A stretch of 40,000 bases of DNA from Proteus alimentorum (GTDB lineage: Bacteria > Pseudomonadota > Gammaproteobacteria > Enterobacterales > Enterobacteriaceae), in contig NZ_NBVR01000034.1 in the NCBI RefSeq assembly GCF_002607735.1, positions 6,328-46,327 on the forward strand, written 5' to 3'. Positions 9,443 through 17,652 of this stretch are shown one piece after another. The notes under the pieces were generated by a model. That model was not told the DNA's origin. It saw only the letters and a list, made by a program, of their open reading frames with translations, and did no database searches. Position 1 is the stretch's first letter. The number at the start of each line of letters is the position of its first letter. The position numbers were made by a program, and so were the translations under genes.

Positions 9443-9445
9443 ACT

Positions 9446-9464
9446 ACACTTGCATGCTCATAAT
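9446..9464. repeat. attL core (19-bp direct repeat ACACTTGCATGCTCATAAT)
   Basis: Identical to 22843..22861. The flanks diverge on both sides. The repeat is the reverse complement of the last fliE codons (I M S M Q V). Confidence 0.8.
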
Positions 9465-9523
9465 ATGGGAGTACAGATATCGAAAATATGAAAAGTTCGA
9501 GTTAGTTCAAGATTAGCAGATGA

Positions 9524-9582
9524 TTACCGCAAATTATTTTCTCAAGCGTTAGTGAGTTCGAGAAAGTTTGCGGTAATTTTTT
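9524..9582 (+). terminator. Long hairpin plus T-run (terminator-like) in the attL-proximal arm; function unassigned
   Basis: Perfect 11-bp arms ATTACCGCAAA (9524-9534) / TTTGCGGTAAT (9567-9577) with an inner TTCTC/GAGAA pairing. The final stem T (9577) begins a six-T run, 9577-9582. Confidence 0.35.
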
Positions 9583-9646
9583 GCCCCCTATACGTCCCCA
9601 CCTACTACCTTCCTGCTATACTCTCCAAAAACTAACCAGATCCGTT

Positions 9647-9877
9647 ATGAACCTCGCAAACCTAACTCAAGAAGAAAAAGACAAGATTAATGTCGATTTA
9701 GCTGCTTCAGGTATCGCATATAAAGAACGCCTCAATATGCCAGTTGTCGCGTCCGAAGTTGAACGACAACAACCAGCACATTTGAGAGCGTACTTTAATG
9801 AACGATTGGCGTTTTATCGTGAGAAAAGTAAGAGTTTGCCGGACGGGAATTCGGTGCAGTATTTGAAAACAGAGTGA
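9647..9877 (+). CDS. Hypothetical prophage-end protein (moron-like)
   Basis: 76 aa from ATG 9647 ([13 protein letters not shown]...). The upstream part of the ORF has only a TTG start. No clear SD. The stop abuts the convergent tfa stop. Confidence 0.4.
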   Translation: MNLANLTQEEKDKINVDLAASGIAYKERLNMPVVASEVERQQPAHLRAYFNERLAFYREKSKSLPDGNSVQYLKTE

Positions 9878-10294
9878 TTACTCTGGTTTTTGTGGCCATT
9901 CAATATCTGGCGCTAACGATGTATCCACATTTGTTAATGCATATCGATAACGTTGCCACAAATCCAATCGTTTAATATCCCTTTTTTCAATGTACCCGCC
10001 ATTTTGGGCATCAGACATCGGATCGATAACGCTAGTCGCCTCACTAATTAACGATGCCTTTTTTCTCTCTTCCACCATAACCATTTCATCTTTTGTTAGT
10101 TGTGGCTTATCTCCCCATGCTGGAAGACCGTCTATTGCAATTCTAATTTTATTATCCGGGGGATTTTTAGAGAACTCCTCATAAATACTATCATCAACTA
10201 ATATCGCATCTTCCGGAAATGTTCCTGCTGAAATGTAGTCGGACTTCATGTCTTCAGGATAAAACGAGTTTGTCTTTTCACTAAAAAAATACAT
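9878..10294 (-). CDS. tfa: Tail fibre assembly protein (Tfa chaperone)
   Basis: 138 aa directly after the tail-fibre gene. N-terminus MYFFSEKTNSFYP and C-terminus LWQRYRYALTNVD...IEWPQKPE are typical of the caudoviral Tfa family. Confidence 0.85.
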   Translation of the reverse strand: MYFFSEKTNSFYPEDMKSDYISAGTFPEDAILVDDSIYEEFSKNPPDNKIRIAIDGLPAWGDKPQLTKDEMVMVEERKKASLISEATSVIDPMSDAQNGGYIEKRDIKRLDLWQRYRYALTNVDTSLAPDIEWPQKPE

Positions 10295-10295
10295 A

Positions 10296-11735
10296 TTAAT
10301 ACCCCACCGCTAGCCACATTATACGAATATTTGGCGCCGTCATTTCTGTCGCTATCTTTGATAATGTTGATTTTGATAAATTGATACCGATGTTTTTAGC
10401 TCCGTCATAATCAATTATGGATACCGATGCTATTGATGAAGGGAATGCTATTGGTAGGTCAATAAAGAAATCATCATATGATATATCTTTTCTTCCCCAC
10501 TGATAAATAATCCCTGTATCACCACATTTCCACCACCCATTTTGAGATTTTAATGATGTGTTTTTGAGCCCGTAATTTCCTTTCGGTTGGTAATTTTTCA
10601 CAGCCTCACTTCTTGGTAAAAAAACATCCAACTCATCTTTAGTTACTGCTACCCCCTTTTTTTTCGGTAATGTAATTGCAGTATGATAATCAGATGTGTC
10701 ATTTGCTTCTTCTCGTGAATATACTGTAACTGATCCGTCAGATTCACGATAAAGACGAACTGAACCATTCGCGCAGTTAACAGATCCCCGCCCAGCAGAG
10801 TCCACTCCCCCTGTTATTGTGTGATTGCCATAATTTATTTTCTTATCTAACTCTTTCGTGAAATCACTGGTTGTTACATAACTTCCTGCTGGCTGATAGT
10901 TACCCGCTGGTTGTTTCTTTCCTAATTCCCTCGCTAATAAATCAAGACTGGGAACTTTGTTAACATCATTGCCCAACTGCTGAGAGATGCTGGCTTTATC
11001 AATCTTCTTATTAAGCGCCACATTCATCGCTGATGTAGTGACAAAATTAACTAAATCACTAATTAGCGCTGCGATACCTTTCTTCTTTGGAAGTTCAAAT
11101 GATGTAACATAATTTGATTCATTATCAGGAAGCTCCCTACTGAATATGGTGACCACTCCTGCGCTGTTTCTGTAAAACCTCAAAGAGCCATCTGCAGCAT
11201 TCACAGAACCATTACCTGCCGAGTCAACACCTCCTGTTATTGCGTGATTACTGAATGTTATTTTCTTATCCAACTCGCTTTTAAAGTCATTTTTATTAAC
11301 AAAGGTATCAGTAGACGCTTTCTGACTCATTACGCTTGTTGTTGACGTGCCTGTGGATTGGACTACTGCGGTTTTGTCGAGTTTGTTATTTACACCTAAA
11401 AAATCAGCTAGCGGCTTCCAAGCATTTTGCGAAGTATTCGGCTGTTCTCCCTTTGTTACTTTTAATGCAACATAAAAAACAGATGATTGCTGTACCAATG
11501 CATCTTTCGGATAATCAACTGCGTCATCCCACTCAGCTAAACCACGCTGTGTTAAATACATTAACCATTCATCGACACGTTTACCGATAGCGTTGAACCA
11601 TTCTAATGGGGGTTTTCCTGCTGTTCTTTCCAGTGTGACGCCCCATCCGCGAAGTACATCTGGAAATGTTTCTATCTCACCTGTTTTTGCATCTTGTGCA
11701 AATATTTTTAGGTCTGGCTTTTTAATTACTGACAT
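10296..11735 (-). CDS. Tail fibre protein
   Basis: 479 aa. Conserved fibre N-terminus (DLKIFAQDAKTGE...GWG...YLTQRGLAEWD). Two internal 73-aa repeats. C-terminal NGWWKCGDTGIIYQWG block typical of fibre tip domains. Confidence 0.85.
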   Translation of the reverse strand: MSVIKKPDLKIFAQDAKTGEIETFPDVLRGWGVTLERTAGKPPLEWFNAIGKRVDEWLMYLTQRGLAEWDDAVDYPKDALVQQSSVFYVALKVTKGEQPNTSQNAWKPLADFLGVNNKLDKTAVVQSTGTSTTSVMSQKASTDTFVNKNDFKSELDKKITFSNHAITGGVDSAGNGSVNAADGSLRFYRNSAGVVTIFSRELPDNESNYVTSFELPKKKGIAALISDLVNFVTTSAMNVALNKKIDKASISQQLGNDVNKVPSLDLLARELGKKQPAGNYQPAGSYVTTSDFTKELDKKINYGNHTITGGVDSAGRGSVNCANGSVRLYRESDGSVTVYSREEANDTSDYHTAITLPKKKGVAVTKDELDVFLPRSEAVKNYQPKGNYGLKNTSLKSQNGWWKCGDTGIIYQWGRKDISYDDFFIDLPIAFPSSIASVSIIDYDGAKNIGINLSKSTLSKIATEMTAPNIRIMWLAVGY

Positions 11736-12378
11736 TCATTAACCTCGTAAATTTTCCATCATTGAATCCGAGTGAGTACGGATCATTAGCCCACCCAAAC
11801 GGGTGAGAGTCAGTGATAACTAAATATTTATAATTGACACCTATTGGCCTAACTAAGATGTCCAAGTTTTTTATGGCGTAAAGCCTGAAAGGAGTTAAAT
11901 AATCAGCTGGAACTACAATATTCATTGTCATATCGTAGTTATCTATAACAAATGTTTGCTCGCCTAATAGGTTTCTTATGGAATATGTAATTCCCTCAAT
12001 ATCAGGTGATTGGTAATTTTTTGTGATCTTCGCTTCAATAAAAAAACGATAATCTTCATCATCCAGTTTTGATGATTCTTTCAATGAATCACCGTAGCGA
12101 TAAAAAACACCTGCATTAAAACCAAGAGCACCATCAATACCTAAGAACCCAAAATAATCCTTTGGGATAAATGACTTCATTATTCGATTAATACCAACAT
12201 GCTTGCCGATTAAGTCAAGCCCATATCCTGATGATTGTTTTACATTTAAGATTGTTGATAGTCGTATAACTGATTCAAATGACCTCTTTGTTTCAGATAG
12301 CAAAAGCCCGGCTGTTTGTCGGGCCTTGGGTTTTCCTCTGTATTGCCAAATTAGAAAATCTTCTCTTTGTTTACTCAA
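11722..12378 (-). CDS. Baseplate/tail-fibre connector protein (DUF2612-like)
   Basis: 218 aa. The N-terminus FLIWQYRGKPKARQ resembles DUF2612. It sits between the baseplate J gene and the fibre gene, with overlapping stop/start codons. Confidence 0.6.
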   Translation of the reverse strand: MSKQREDFLIWQYRGKPKARQTAGLLLSETKRSFESVIRLSTILNVKQSSGYGLDLIGKHVGINRIMKSFIPKDYFGFLGIDGALGFNAGVFYRYGDSLKESSKLDDEDYRFFIEAKITKNYQSPDIEGITYSIRNLLGEQTFVIDNYDMTMNIVVPADYLTPFRLYAIKNLDILVRPIGVNYKYLVITDSHPFGWANDPYSLGFNDGKFTRLMNVSN

Positions 12379-13495
12379 TTAGCACCTCCACATCTTCCGG
12401 CCTAATTTGAGCGCACTGTCTAACTCCAACTTTCACCGAATCTGAACCATTAACGGTAATGGATTTGATATAGAAACCTTGTACTGAGTTAACCTGACAA
12501 GTTAAGCGCATAGCATAGACTGATTCGCCTATTTCAAATGATGTGTCCGATAATGCTGATTTTATGCTTTCTGTGTCAATATCATGAAACCCACCTACCC
12601 TTTCCAATAAGAGCTTAACTTTAATATTGACGTTAGATGCTCTATCAAATTTAACTGTCCTTTGTGCTCCTGCATATTCTTGAGTATTGCTGATGCTCCC
12701 AAACACACCGCAACCACCTATTTTCTTTTTAAGAATAGTCAGACCTATATCATCATCACTGCCACCAATCACAACCGCATTTAGTGAATGAGCAGGTACA
12801 CCTTTATCATCTGTTTGGTTCGTGAAGTTTTCGTATACTCTAGCTTGTTTTACGTCAGGCAAATCAAGTAAAGCACCCTCAAGCCCTTGCCTGTCATCAT
12901 GATTATTAATTGAGTGCGAACGCATGAACCGGGTTAATAAACTACCGTCCATCTCTTCGAACACACCTTCTTTAGCTATTTTTGTTGTCGTTATTTTTTC
13001 AACACCAACAATCACTGTGTCCATCGACAACTCTTTCCCAGCTTGAATTGAGAAAGCGCCTAATTCATGACTTCTCATATTCACCCTTGCCGATCCATTA
13101 ATATCTAAAACAATATCAGCAAGTGTCACCCACTTTGATAAATTTCCATCTGAGAAAATAGAGCCTTTTGGTACCTTTACGCCTTGCTTTCCTGTTACGA
13201 TCACGTCATCTAAGTAACTATAATCTGCACCTCGACGAACAATGCCGGCATACATTGCTCGTTGTTCTAACCATGCGCCAGTTGCTTTGTAGGGATCTAA
13301 CATCTGAGCAATCATTGATAATGCCTGATTGATGCTGTCTATTTCTTGAGAGAATAAACCTATCATCTGCCCGTCAGGGCTATCTGCATCAATACTAATA
13401 TCATCGCCGTAAATCCGTTTAAAACCGTCAGTGAGGCGTTTATGCACATCTGACAGACTATCAATAACTATCCCTGTTTCAGTTATTTGGAGCAT
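12371..13495 (-). CDS. Baseplate J-like wedge protein
   Basis: 374 aa. The N-terminal region (DADSPDGQMIGLFSQEI...ATGAWLEQRAMYAGIVRRGA) is characteristic of the Baseplate_J family. Coupled to its neighbours. Confidence 0.75.
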   Translation of the reverse strand: MLQITETGIVIDSLSDVHKRLTDGFKRIYGDDISIDADSPDGQMIGLFSQEIDSINQALSMIAQMLDPYKATGAWLEQRAMYAGIVRRGADYSYLDDVIVTGKQGVKVPKGSIFSDGNLSKWVTLADIVLDINGSARVNMRSHELGAFSIQAGKELSMDTVIVGVEKITTTKIAKEGVFEEMDGSLLTRFMRSHSINNHDDRQGLEGALLDLPDVKQARVYENFTNQTDDKGVPAHSLNAVVIGGSDDDIGLTILKKKIGGCGVFGSISNTQEYAGAQRTVKFDRASNVNIKVKLLLERVGGFHDIDTESIKSALSDTSFEIGESVYAMRLTCQVNSVQGFYIKSITVNGSDSVKVGVRQCAQIRPEDVEVLIE

Positions 13496-13841
13496 CTGTG
13501 TTTACCTCATTTTCTTTTCCGTAAATATCAATATACGTGACAGATATTGTGAATCGTCGCGTGTCGGGATTAAGCTGGATATCAAAATCAGTGATCTGCT
13601 CTACGCCATCTGTATTTAAAACAGTGCCTTTTATCTCTGTTTCCATTGCGATGAGATTTGGATTTTTTCGCAAGTAATCAAACCAGCGAACACCATGCTC
13701 TGTGTTGAGAAACCAGTCATTACGCAGAGATAGAAGTCGCGTTAAAACAGATTGGCTAATCGCCTCAGATTTTGTTGCGTAGTCAGCTCGCCCGCTTCCG
13801 AAAGTCCAATCATGATTATTATCAAGTCGTCTTACTTTCAT
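13479..13841 (-). CDS. Small baseplate wedge protein (GpW/gp25-position)
   Basis: 120 aa. Its position immediately upstream of baseplate J and the overlapping coupling are the only evidence. Sequence family not firmly recognised. Confidence 0.5.
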   Translation of the reverse strand: MKVRRLDNNHDWTFGSGRADYATKSEAISQSVLTRLLSLRNDWFLNTEHGVRWFDYLRKNPNLIAMETEIKGTVLNTDGVEQITDFDIQLNPDTRRFTISVTYIDIYGKENEVNTDAPNN

Positions 13842-14494
13842 TAATTGGGCGCTCCTGTATTTCCATGACCGGTTTCAACACCACTATGAGTATGCGTATC
13901 ACCAATATTTTTGCCGTTGTGTTTAATGGAGCCACCTGATGATTCGCTATTGCCTTTCACTGAGTGATTACCATTTATAAGCGTATTACCTTCTTGCGTA
14001 TTATTTCCTGTGTGTTCGATATCGCCTTGAATAAGGATCTTCCCTTTTTTCATTCGAATAAATGTTGAACCATCATCGGTCTGCATTGATAGTGAATCAC
14101 TGGAGTAATCAGGTATCTTATTTGGCTGACTACTTCCCATCGGTAGGAAGAAAGCATCAGATAAATCATGAAATCGTGTATCTAATGGCACGGATTGTTT
14201 GCCTGAAGCATACCAGCCATCAATGCAACGCTCGGAAAATATAGCCAGCCCCTCATCACCCTCTTTCAATGGAACAGTAACACAAAAGCCACCTCCACGA
14301 TAAAATCCAACTGGCACATCGACTAGAGGAGGCAAGGCAATCGAACCACCATCTTTCATTAAGTGGGTTATCATTAATTCAACTGTTGCGCTATGTCCGT
14401 CACATGAAATAAGACGGGCGGGTAATGCTGTATGTATGTCTTGCCGTTGGTTTTCTGATTGTCTCGATAAAACATCCAGTAGAGATGGTTCCAT
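13841..14494 (-). CDS. Baseplate central spike protein (Gp138 N-terminal-domain-like)
   Basis: 217 aa. N-terminus DIHTALPARLISCDG...VELMI...LPPLVDVPV. Gly/His-rich C-terminus (GDTHTHSGVETGHGNTGAPN) typical of spike tips. Confidence 0.6.
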   Translation of the reverse strand: MEPSLLDVLSRQSENQRQDIHTALPARLISCDGHSATVELMITHLMKDGGSIALPPLVDVPVGFYRGGGFCVTVPLKEGDEGLAIFSERCIDGWYASGKQSVPLDTRFHDLSDAFFLPMGSSQPNKIPDYSSDSLSMQTDDGSTFIRMKKGKILIQGDIEHTGNNTQEGNTLINGNHSVKGNSESSGGSIKHNGKNIGDTHTHSGVETGHGNTGAPN

Positions 14495-15318
14495 TATTTT
14501 TCCACCTTTTTAAACCTGCCGCCTATGCAGGTAATTTGTGAATACCAATCATCACCAAGAAAATCACCCTCATGGCTCAATTCAGTAATTTTATAATCAC
14601 CGTTATATTCAGACATGATTGACTGAACTCTAACTAAGCCACCAATGCGCAATGATGGATTACACAAACACGTTAAACTAAGACCATCATCCGTTTTCTC
14701 AGGTGAGCCAACCATTCCGGTTTCTTGTGAAAGCACAAAACCCTCGTTATCAGCAAGCACCTTATCTTTGGGTAATACAGTCATTTGACCATCTTGAATA
14801 GACCATTGAACATCGTTATTCTTGGCTATCTTGTGAAGTAACTCACGAGGATCGCCGAACATCACTTTACCTCGAGGAAGTTGCCTATCTTTTGGTAAAT
14901 CAACAACACCAGTCTCTATCCCCATCGACTGAGTATTTTCTTTCAGAATTTCAGCGTCACTCTTACCAGCTGACAGTGTTTTATTTACCACTGATGATGT
15001 GTAGGCTTTAAAACCATCACCACATATCAACTCACTAATAAAATCCTCACCATCTCTCAGCGTGTTGGCTTCAACAATATCGCCTGCGTAAATTTGACGT
15101 AGTTCTTCATAGCCCACTGACAGTGAGGCCCTATTGAATTCGTTGCTTGTTAGTAAGTTACGATGAGAAGCGTTGAGGTTATAAATTCTGATAACTGCGG
15201 GATTTGGTTCTGGTGTTAATGTTTTTTTTACTTCGAAAGTTACTCTAAGGTTTGTTATTTCTAATGATTCTTTATCGCTGCCAATAACTAATTTAAGTTG
15301 TCGTCCGAATTGCCTCAC
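14494..15318 (-). CDS. Baseplate hub-like protein
   Basis: Start reassigned to GTG 15318, which has AAGGAGG 6 nt upstream. The longer ORF overlaps the preceding gene by 50 nt. 274 aa, in the baseplate operon. Confidence 0.55.
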   Translation of the reverse strand: MRQFGRQLKLVIGSDKESLEITNLRVTFEVKKTLTPEPNPAVIRIYNLNASHRNLLTSNEFNRASLSVGYEELRQIYAGDIVEANTLRDGEDFISELICGDGFKAYTSSVVNKTLSAGKSDAEILKENTQSMGIETGVVDLPKDRQLPRGKVMFGDPRELLHKIAKNNDVQWSIQDGQMTVLPKDKVLADNEGFVLSQETGMVGSPEKTDDGLSLTCLCNPSLRIGGLVRVQSIMSEYNGDYKITELSHEGDFLGDDWYSQITCIGGRFKKVEK

Positions 15319-15631
15319 GCCAAACCTCCTTATCAACAACATATAACCTAAGTCGATTACCTAGCTCATTTTGAGAGACCGAGTTAATACCGAACTGTGA
15401 CTTATCAGATAGCATTAGAATAAAAGGTAAGTTCTTTTCTAACAGCGAAGGCGCATTAACAGCTAACCCCTGACGTTGAGTGATCACTCTATTTTTATCC
15501 GCATCGAATAGGTCAAACTGCCAGCCTTTTGATACAGAATTAAAATAAAGTGTTAAGCGAATATTCATATCGAACAATATAAATATCTGCTCCTGACTGG
15601 GTTTGCTTGATACTGGTATTTCATAAATCAT
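15293..15631 (-). CDS. Hypothetical baseplate-module protein
   Basis: 112-aa ORF translationally coupled on both sides within the structural operon. Confidence 0.5.
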   Translation of the reverse strand: MIYEIPVSSKPSQEQIFILFDMNIRLTLYFNSVSKGWQFDLFDADKNRVITQRQGLAVNAPSLLEKNLPFILMLSDKSQFGINSVSQNELGNRLRLYVVDKEVWREAIRTTT

Positions 15632-16392
15632 GGCTTAATCCCCATCATATCTTTTAGCGCGCCTGCACCGTCTTTTATGAGAGATGAATTACCACCTTTA
15701 ACCTTATCAGTAGGTTGTGTGCGCCCCATATTCTGTTTTTGAGGCTGACCTTTTAAATCAGGATGAAGCCCTTTTGCGGTCTGATTCTCAACAATAAATA
15801 TCTCCTCAAGGGTTAAAGTAACCTCAGCAGAACCCGGTTTATCTTGAATCGTACCGATATTCGTTATCATCATGTTTTTGTATAACTTAATACCCGTTTG
15901 CACATCTATCGTTTCACCGCGTTTTTGCAGTGATAACAAACTATCGTAAGCTCGACCAACTCTATCTAGTGTTTGAGATGTATCAGCGCTACCTATGCCA
16001 GAATCGGGATACCACGGTGCTAATACTTTTCCTACGGCATCAAGACCAGCATTAGCAATGCCAATATATTGCTCAATCATTGCTTCTGCTTGTTTTGTAT
16101 TCGCTGATATTTCTAATGGCAATGGGTAATCATCAAGCACGGAAGTATCGAACCCCGTCAGGTTCTTAAAGTTTTTAGGTGGCTCATAACCAACAACAAC
16201 GCCTGTTACAGTTAATGTTTTAGGTTCTAGAATCGCGTGATCTGCAATGTCAGCACCAGACTCAACAGGGTTCTTTGTTAGTCGTAACGATGAGGCGTGC
16301 TCTTCTCTTACTGTGCAATCGAGAATGAAGTCACCAATAGAGCGTGTAATCACCGACGCTCTACCTGTAAATAAACCACTTGTTAAGTCCAT
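15628..16392 (-). CDS. Tail/baseplate structural protein (first surviving gene of the structural operon)
   Basis: 254 aa, GGAG RBS 6 nt upstream of ATG 16392, coupled to the downstream genes. Family not firmly recognised. Confidence 0.5.
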   Translation of the reverse strand: MDLTSGLFTGRASVITRSIGDFILDCTVREEHASSLRLTKNPVESGADIADHAILEPKTLTVTGVVVGYEPPKNFKNLTGFDTSVLDDYPLPLEISANTKQAEAMIEQYIGIANAGLDAVGKVLAPWYPDSGIGSADTSQTLDRVGRAYDSLLSLQKRGETIDVQTGIKLYKNMMITNIGTIQDKPGSAEVTLTLEEIFIVENQTAKGLHPDLKGQPQKQNMGRTQPTDKVKGGNSSLIKDGAGALKDMMGIKP

Positions 16393-16404
16393 ATTGGCTC
16401 CAAT

Positions 16405-16430
16405 AAAAAAGGCCGCTTATGCGACCTTTT
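16405..16430 (-). terminator. Intrinsic terminator after the 201-aa membrane-protein gene
   Basis: The minus strand reads AAAAGGTCGC-ATAA-GCGGCCTTTT (one mismatch) running into a T-run. It lies between stop 16446 and the structural-gene start 16392. Confidence 0.55.
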
Positions 16431-16445
16431 GAGAAATTTTAATAT

Positions 16446-17051
16446 TCAAAAACCAAACTGCTCATGGTAAATACAGACTATGGTAGCAGATAAAATAAAA
16501 CTTAAGATCAAAATAAGCCAATCAAAACGTGTTATTTTTGATATCTTATCAGAAACTGGAAGCTTTGGAAGATCTTCAAGCTTCATGTAAAATGAGAAAC
16601 TTACCGCCATTGCCACCATAAAACCAAAAAACAAATACAACTTGTTAGATATACCAATAAAACCAGTAATGAAGAAAAAAGGTGTTACCAGATCAAGAAA
16701 ATAAATAACCATTAACCAAGCTAATTGCGTCTTTGGAGTTAAAGGTGATTTATTTCTTTTCTTTATACAGCTACACAAAAACTCAATGAGTTTAATTAAA
16801 AAATATGAAACAATCCCAGCAATAAAAGAAGTCTTCAAAATACCGCTAGCTTCAACCCCCCCAAACATTAGGGATATAAAATATGGGCATAAAAAAGAAA
16901 TAGCAAAAGTTACTAGGACTATTGCTAAGAAAAGAAAGATTCTAACCTTTAGTTTATTTACCACTTCTGCTTCTATTATTTTTTTTGTTGTAGTTTCTAT
17001 TGTCGCTTTTATTGTAGTTTCTATTGTCGTTTTTGTTGCTGCCACTTTCAC
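16446..17051 (-). CDS. Multi-pass membrane protein of unknown function (prophage moron)
   Basis: About 200 aa, GTG start with GGAG upstream. A charged N-terminus carries a TIETT(I/T)K repeat, followed by about five hydrophobic helices. Terminator-like hairpins lie on both sides. Confidence 0.55.
   Translation of the reverse strand: MKVAATKTTIETTIKATIETTTKKIIEAEVVNKLKVRIFLFLAIVLVTFAISFLCPYFISLMFGGVEASGILKTSFIAGIVSYFLIKLIEFLCSCIKKRNKSPLTPKTQLAWLMVIYFLDLVTPFFFITGFIGISNKLYLFFGFMVAMAVSFSFYMKLEDLPKLPVSDKISKITRFDWLILILSFILSATIVCIYHEQFGF
16988..17035. repeat. 2 x 24-bp tandem repeat inside the membrane-protein gene
   Basis: ttgtagtttctattgtcgctttta / ttgtagtttctattgtcgtttttg, 22/24 identical. It encodes the duplicated TIETTIKA/TIETTTKK segment. 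Confidence 0.85.
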
Positions 17052-17118
17052 CTTCTCCCCATAACACCCTTAATTGTTAATTTAACTTAACATTACATTA
17101 TTACTAATTGAAGTTAAA

Positions 17119-17141
17119 GAAAAAAGCCTCAGTTAAGAGGC
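17119..17141 (-). terminator. Intrinsic terminator after the RexB-like gene
   Basis: The minus strand reads GCCTC-TTAACT-GAGGC followed by TTTTTT. A second hairpin (cagaagg...ccttctg, 17171-17192) lies just before it. Confidence 0.45.
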
Positions 17142-17203
17142 GTGGTGAAATTCAGGTAATAAGAAACCCGCAGAAGGCAGTATTACCTTCTGAAAACAAA
17201 AAA

Positions 17204-17641
17204 TTAATTATTTTTCTTTATGTTCAAGAGTTGAATCCCAAGGAAACCTATAAGTAAAAAAGTTATCATTGAGAAAGTTAATGAGTATGATGCAACCTTA
17301 ATACTTTGTATGTTAGACAAGCAAAGCAAGGACAGGCACATTGTAACCCCAAGCTCAAGAAAAGTTATCATATAAATAAAATAAGTTGTGTGTAGATAAC
17401 CACCTTTTTTAAAGTTATCTAATCTCGGCCCATCCAATCCAAAAATCACAACAACCATAGCTATAAGTAATGCCATCATTGCTGTTGAGTAGGTAACCAG
17501 AGACGAACCTAGGTTACCTAAGTTGTCTTTAAAGGTAACCGTATGGAAAAGGTATTTTTTTGACAGGTAAAGCGCACCAAATCCCACTCCATTGCAGAGT
17601 GCGATCACAGTGAGCCCTGTCATGAAATCCTTTATTTTCAT
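17204..17641 (-). CDS. rexB: RexB-like four-TM membrane protein
   Basis: 145 aa (lambda RexB is 144 aa) with four hydrophobic helices. The block YLHTTYFIYMITFLELGVTMCLSLLCLS parallels YMTSVVIVYALSFVELGALFFCGLLLLS of lambda RexB as recalled. It starts 11 nt after the RexA-like gene. Confidence 0.6.
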   Translation of the reverse strand: MKIKDFMTGLTVIALCNGVGFGALYLSKKYLFHTVTFKDNLGNLGSSLVTYSTAMMALLIAMVVVIFGLDGPRLDNFKKGGYLHTTYFIYMITFLELGVTMCLSLLCLSNIQSIKVASYSLTFSMITFLLIGFLGIQLLNIKKNN

Positions 17642-17652
17642 ACCATTACCTC

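Noticed and set aside
9878-16392. Tailocin (R/F-type bacteriocin) interpretation of the structural module
   Set aside because: No sheath, tube, tape measure, lysis cassette or regulator is present. Only distal baseplate and fibre genes remain, and no promoter is visible.
16988-17035. Tandem repeat as a possible CRISPR or minisatellite
   Set aside because: There are only two adjacent 24-bp copies with no spacers. It lies inside a coding frame and translates to a duplicated peptide.
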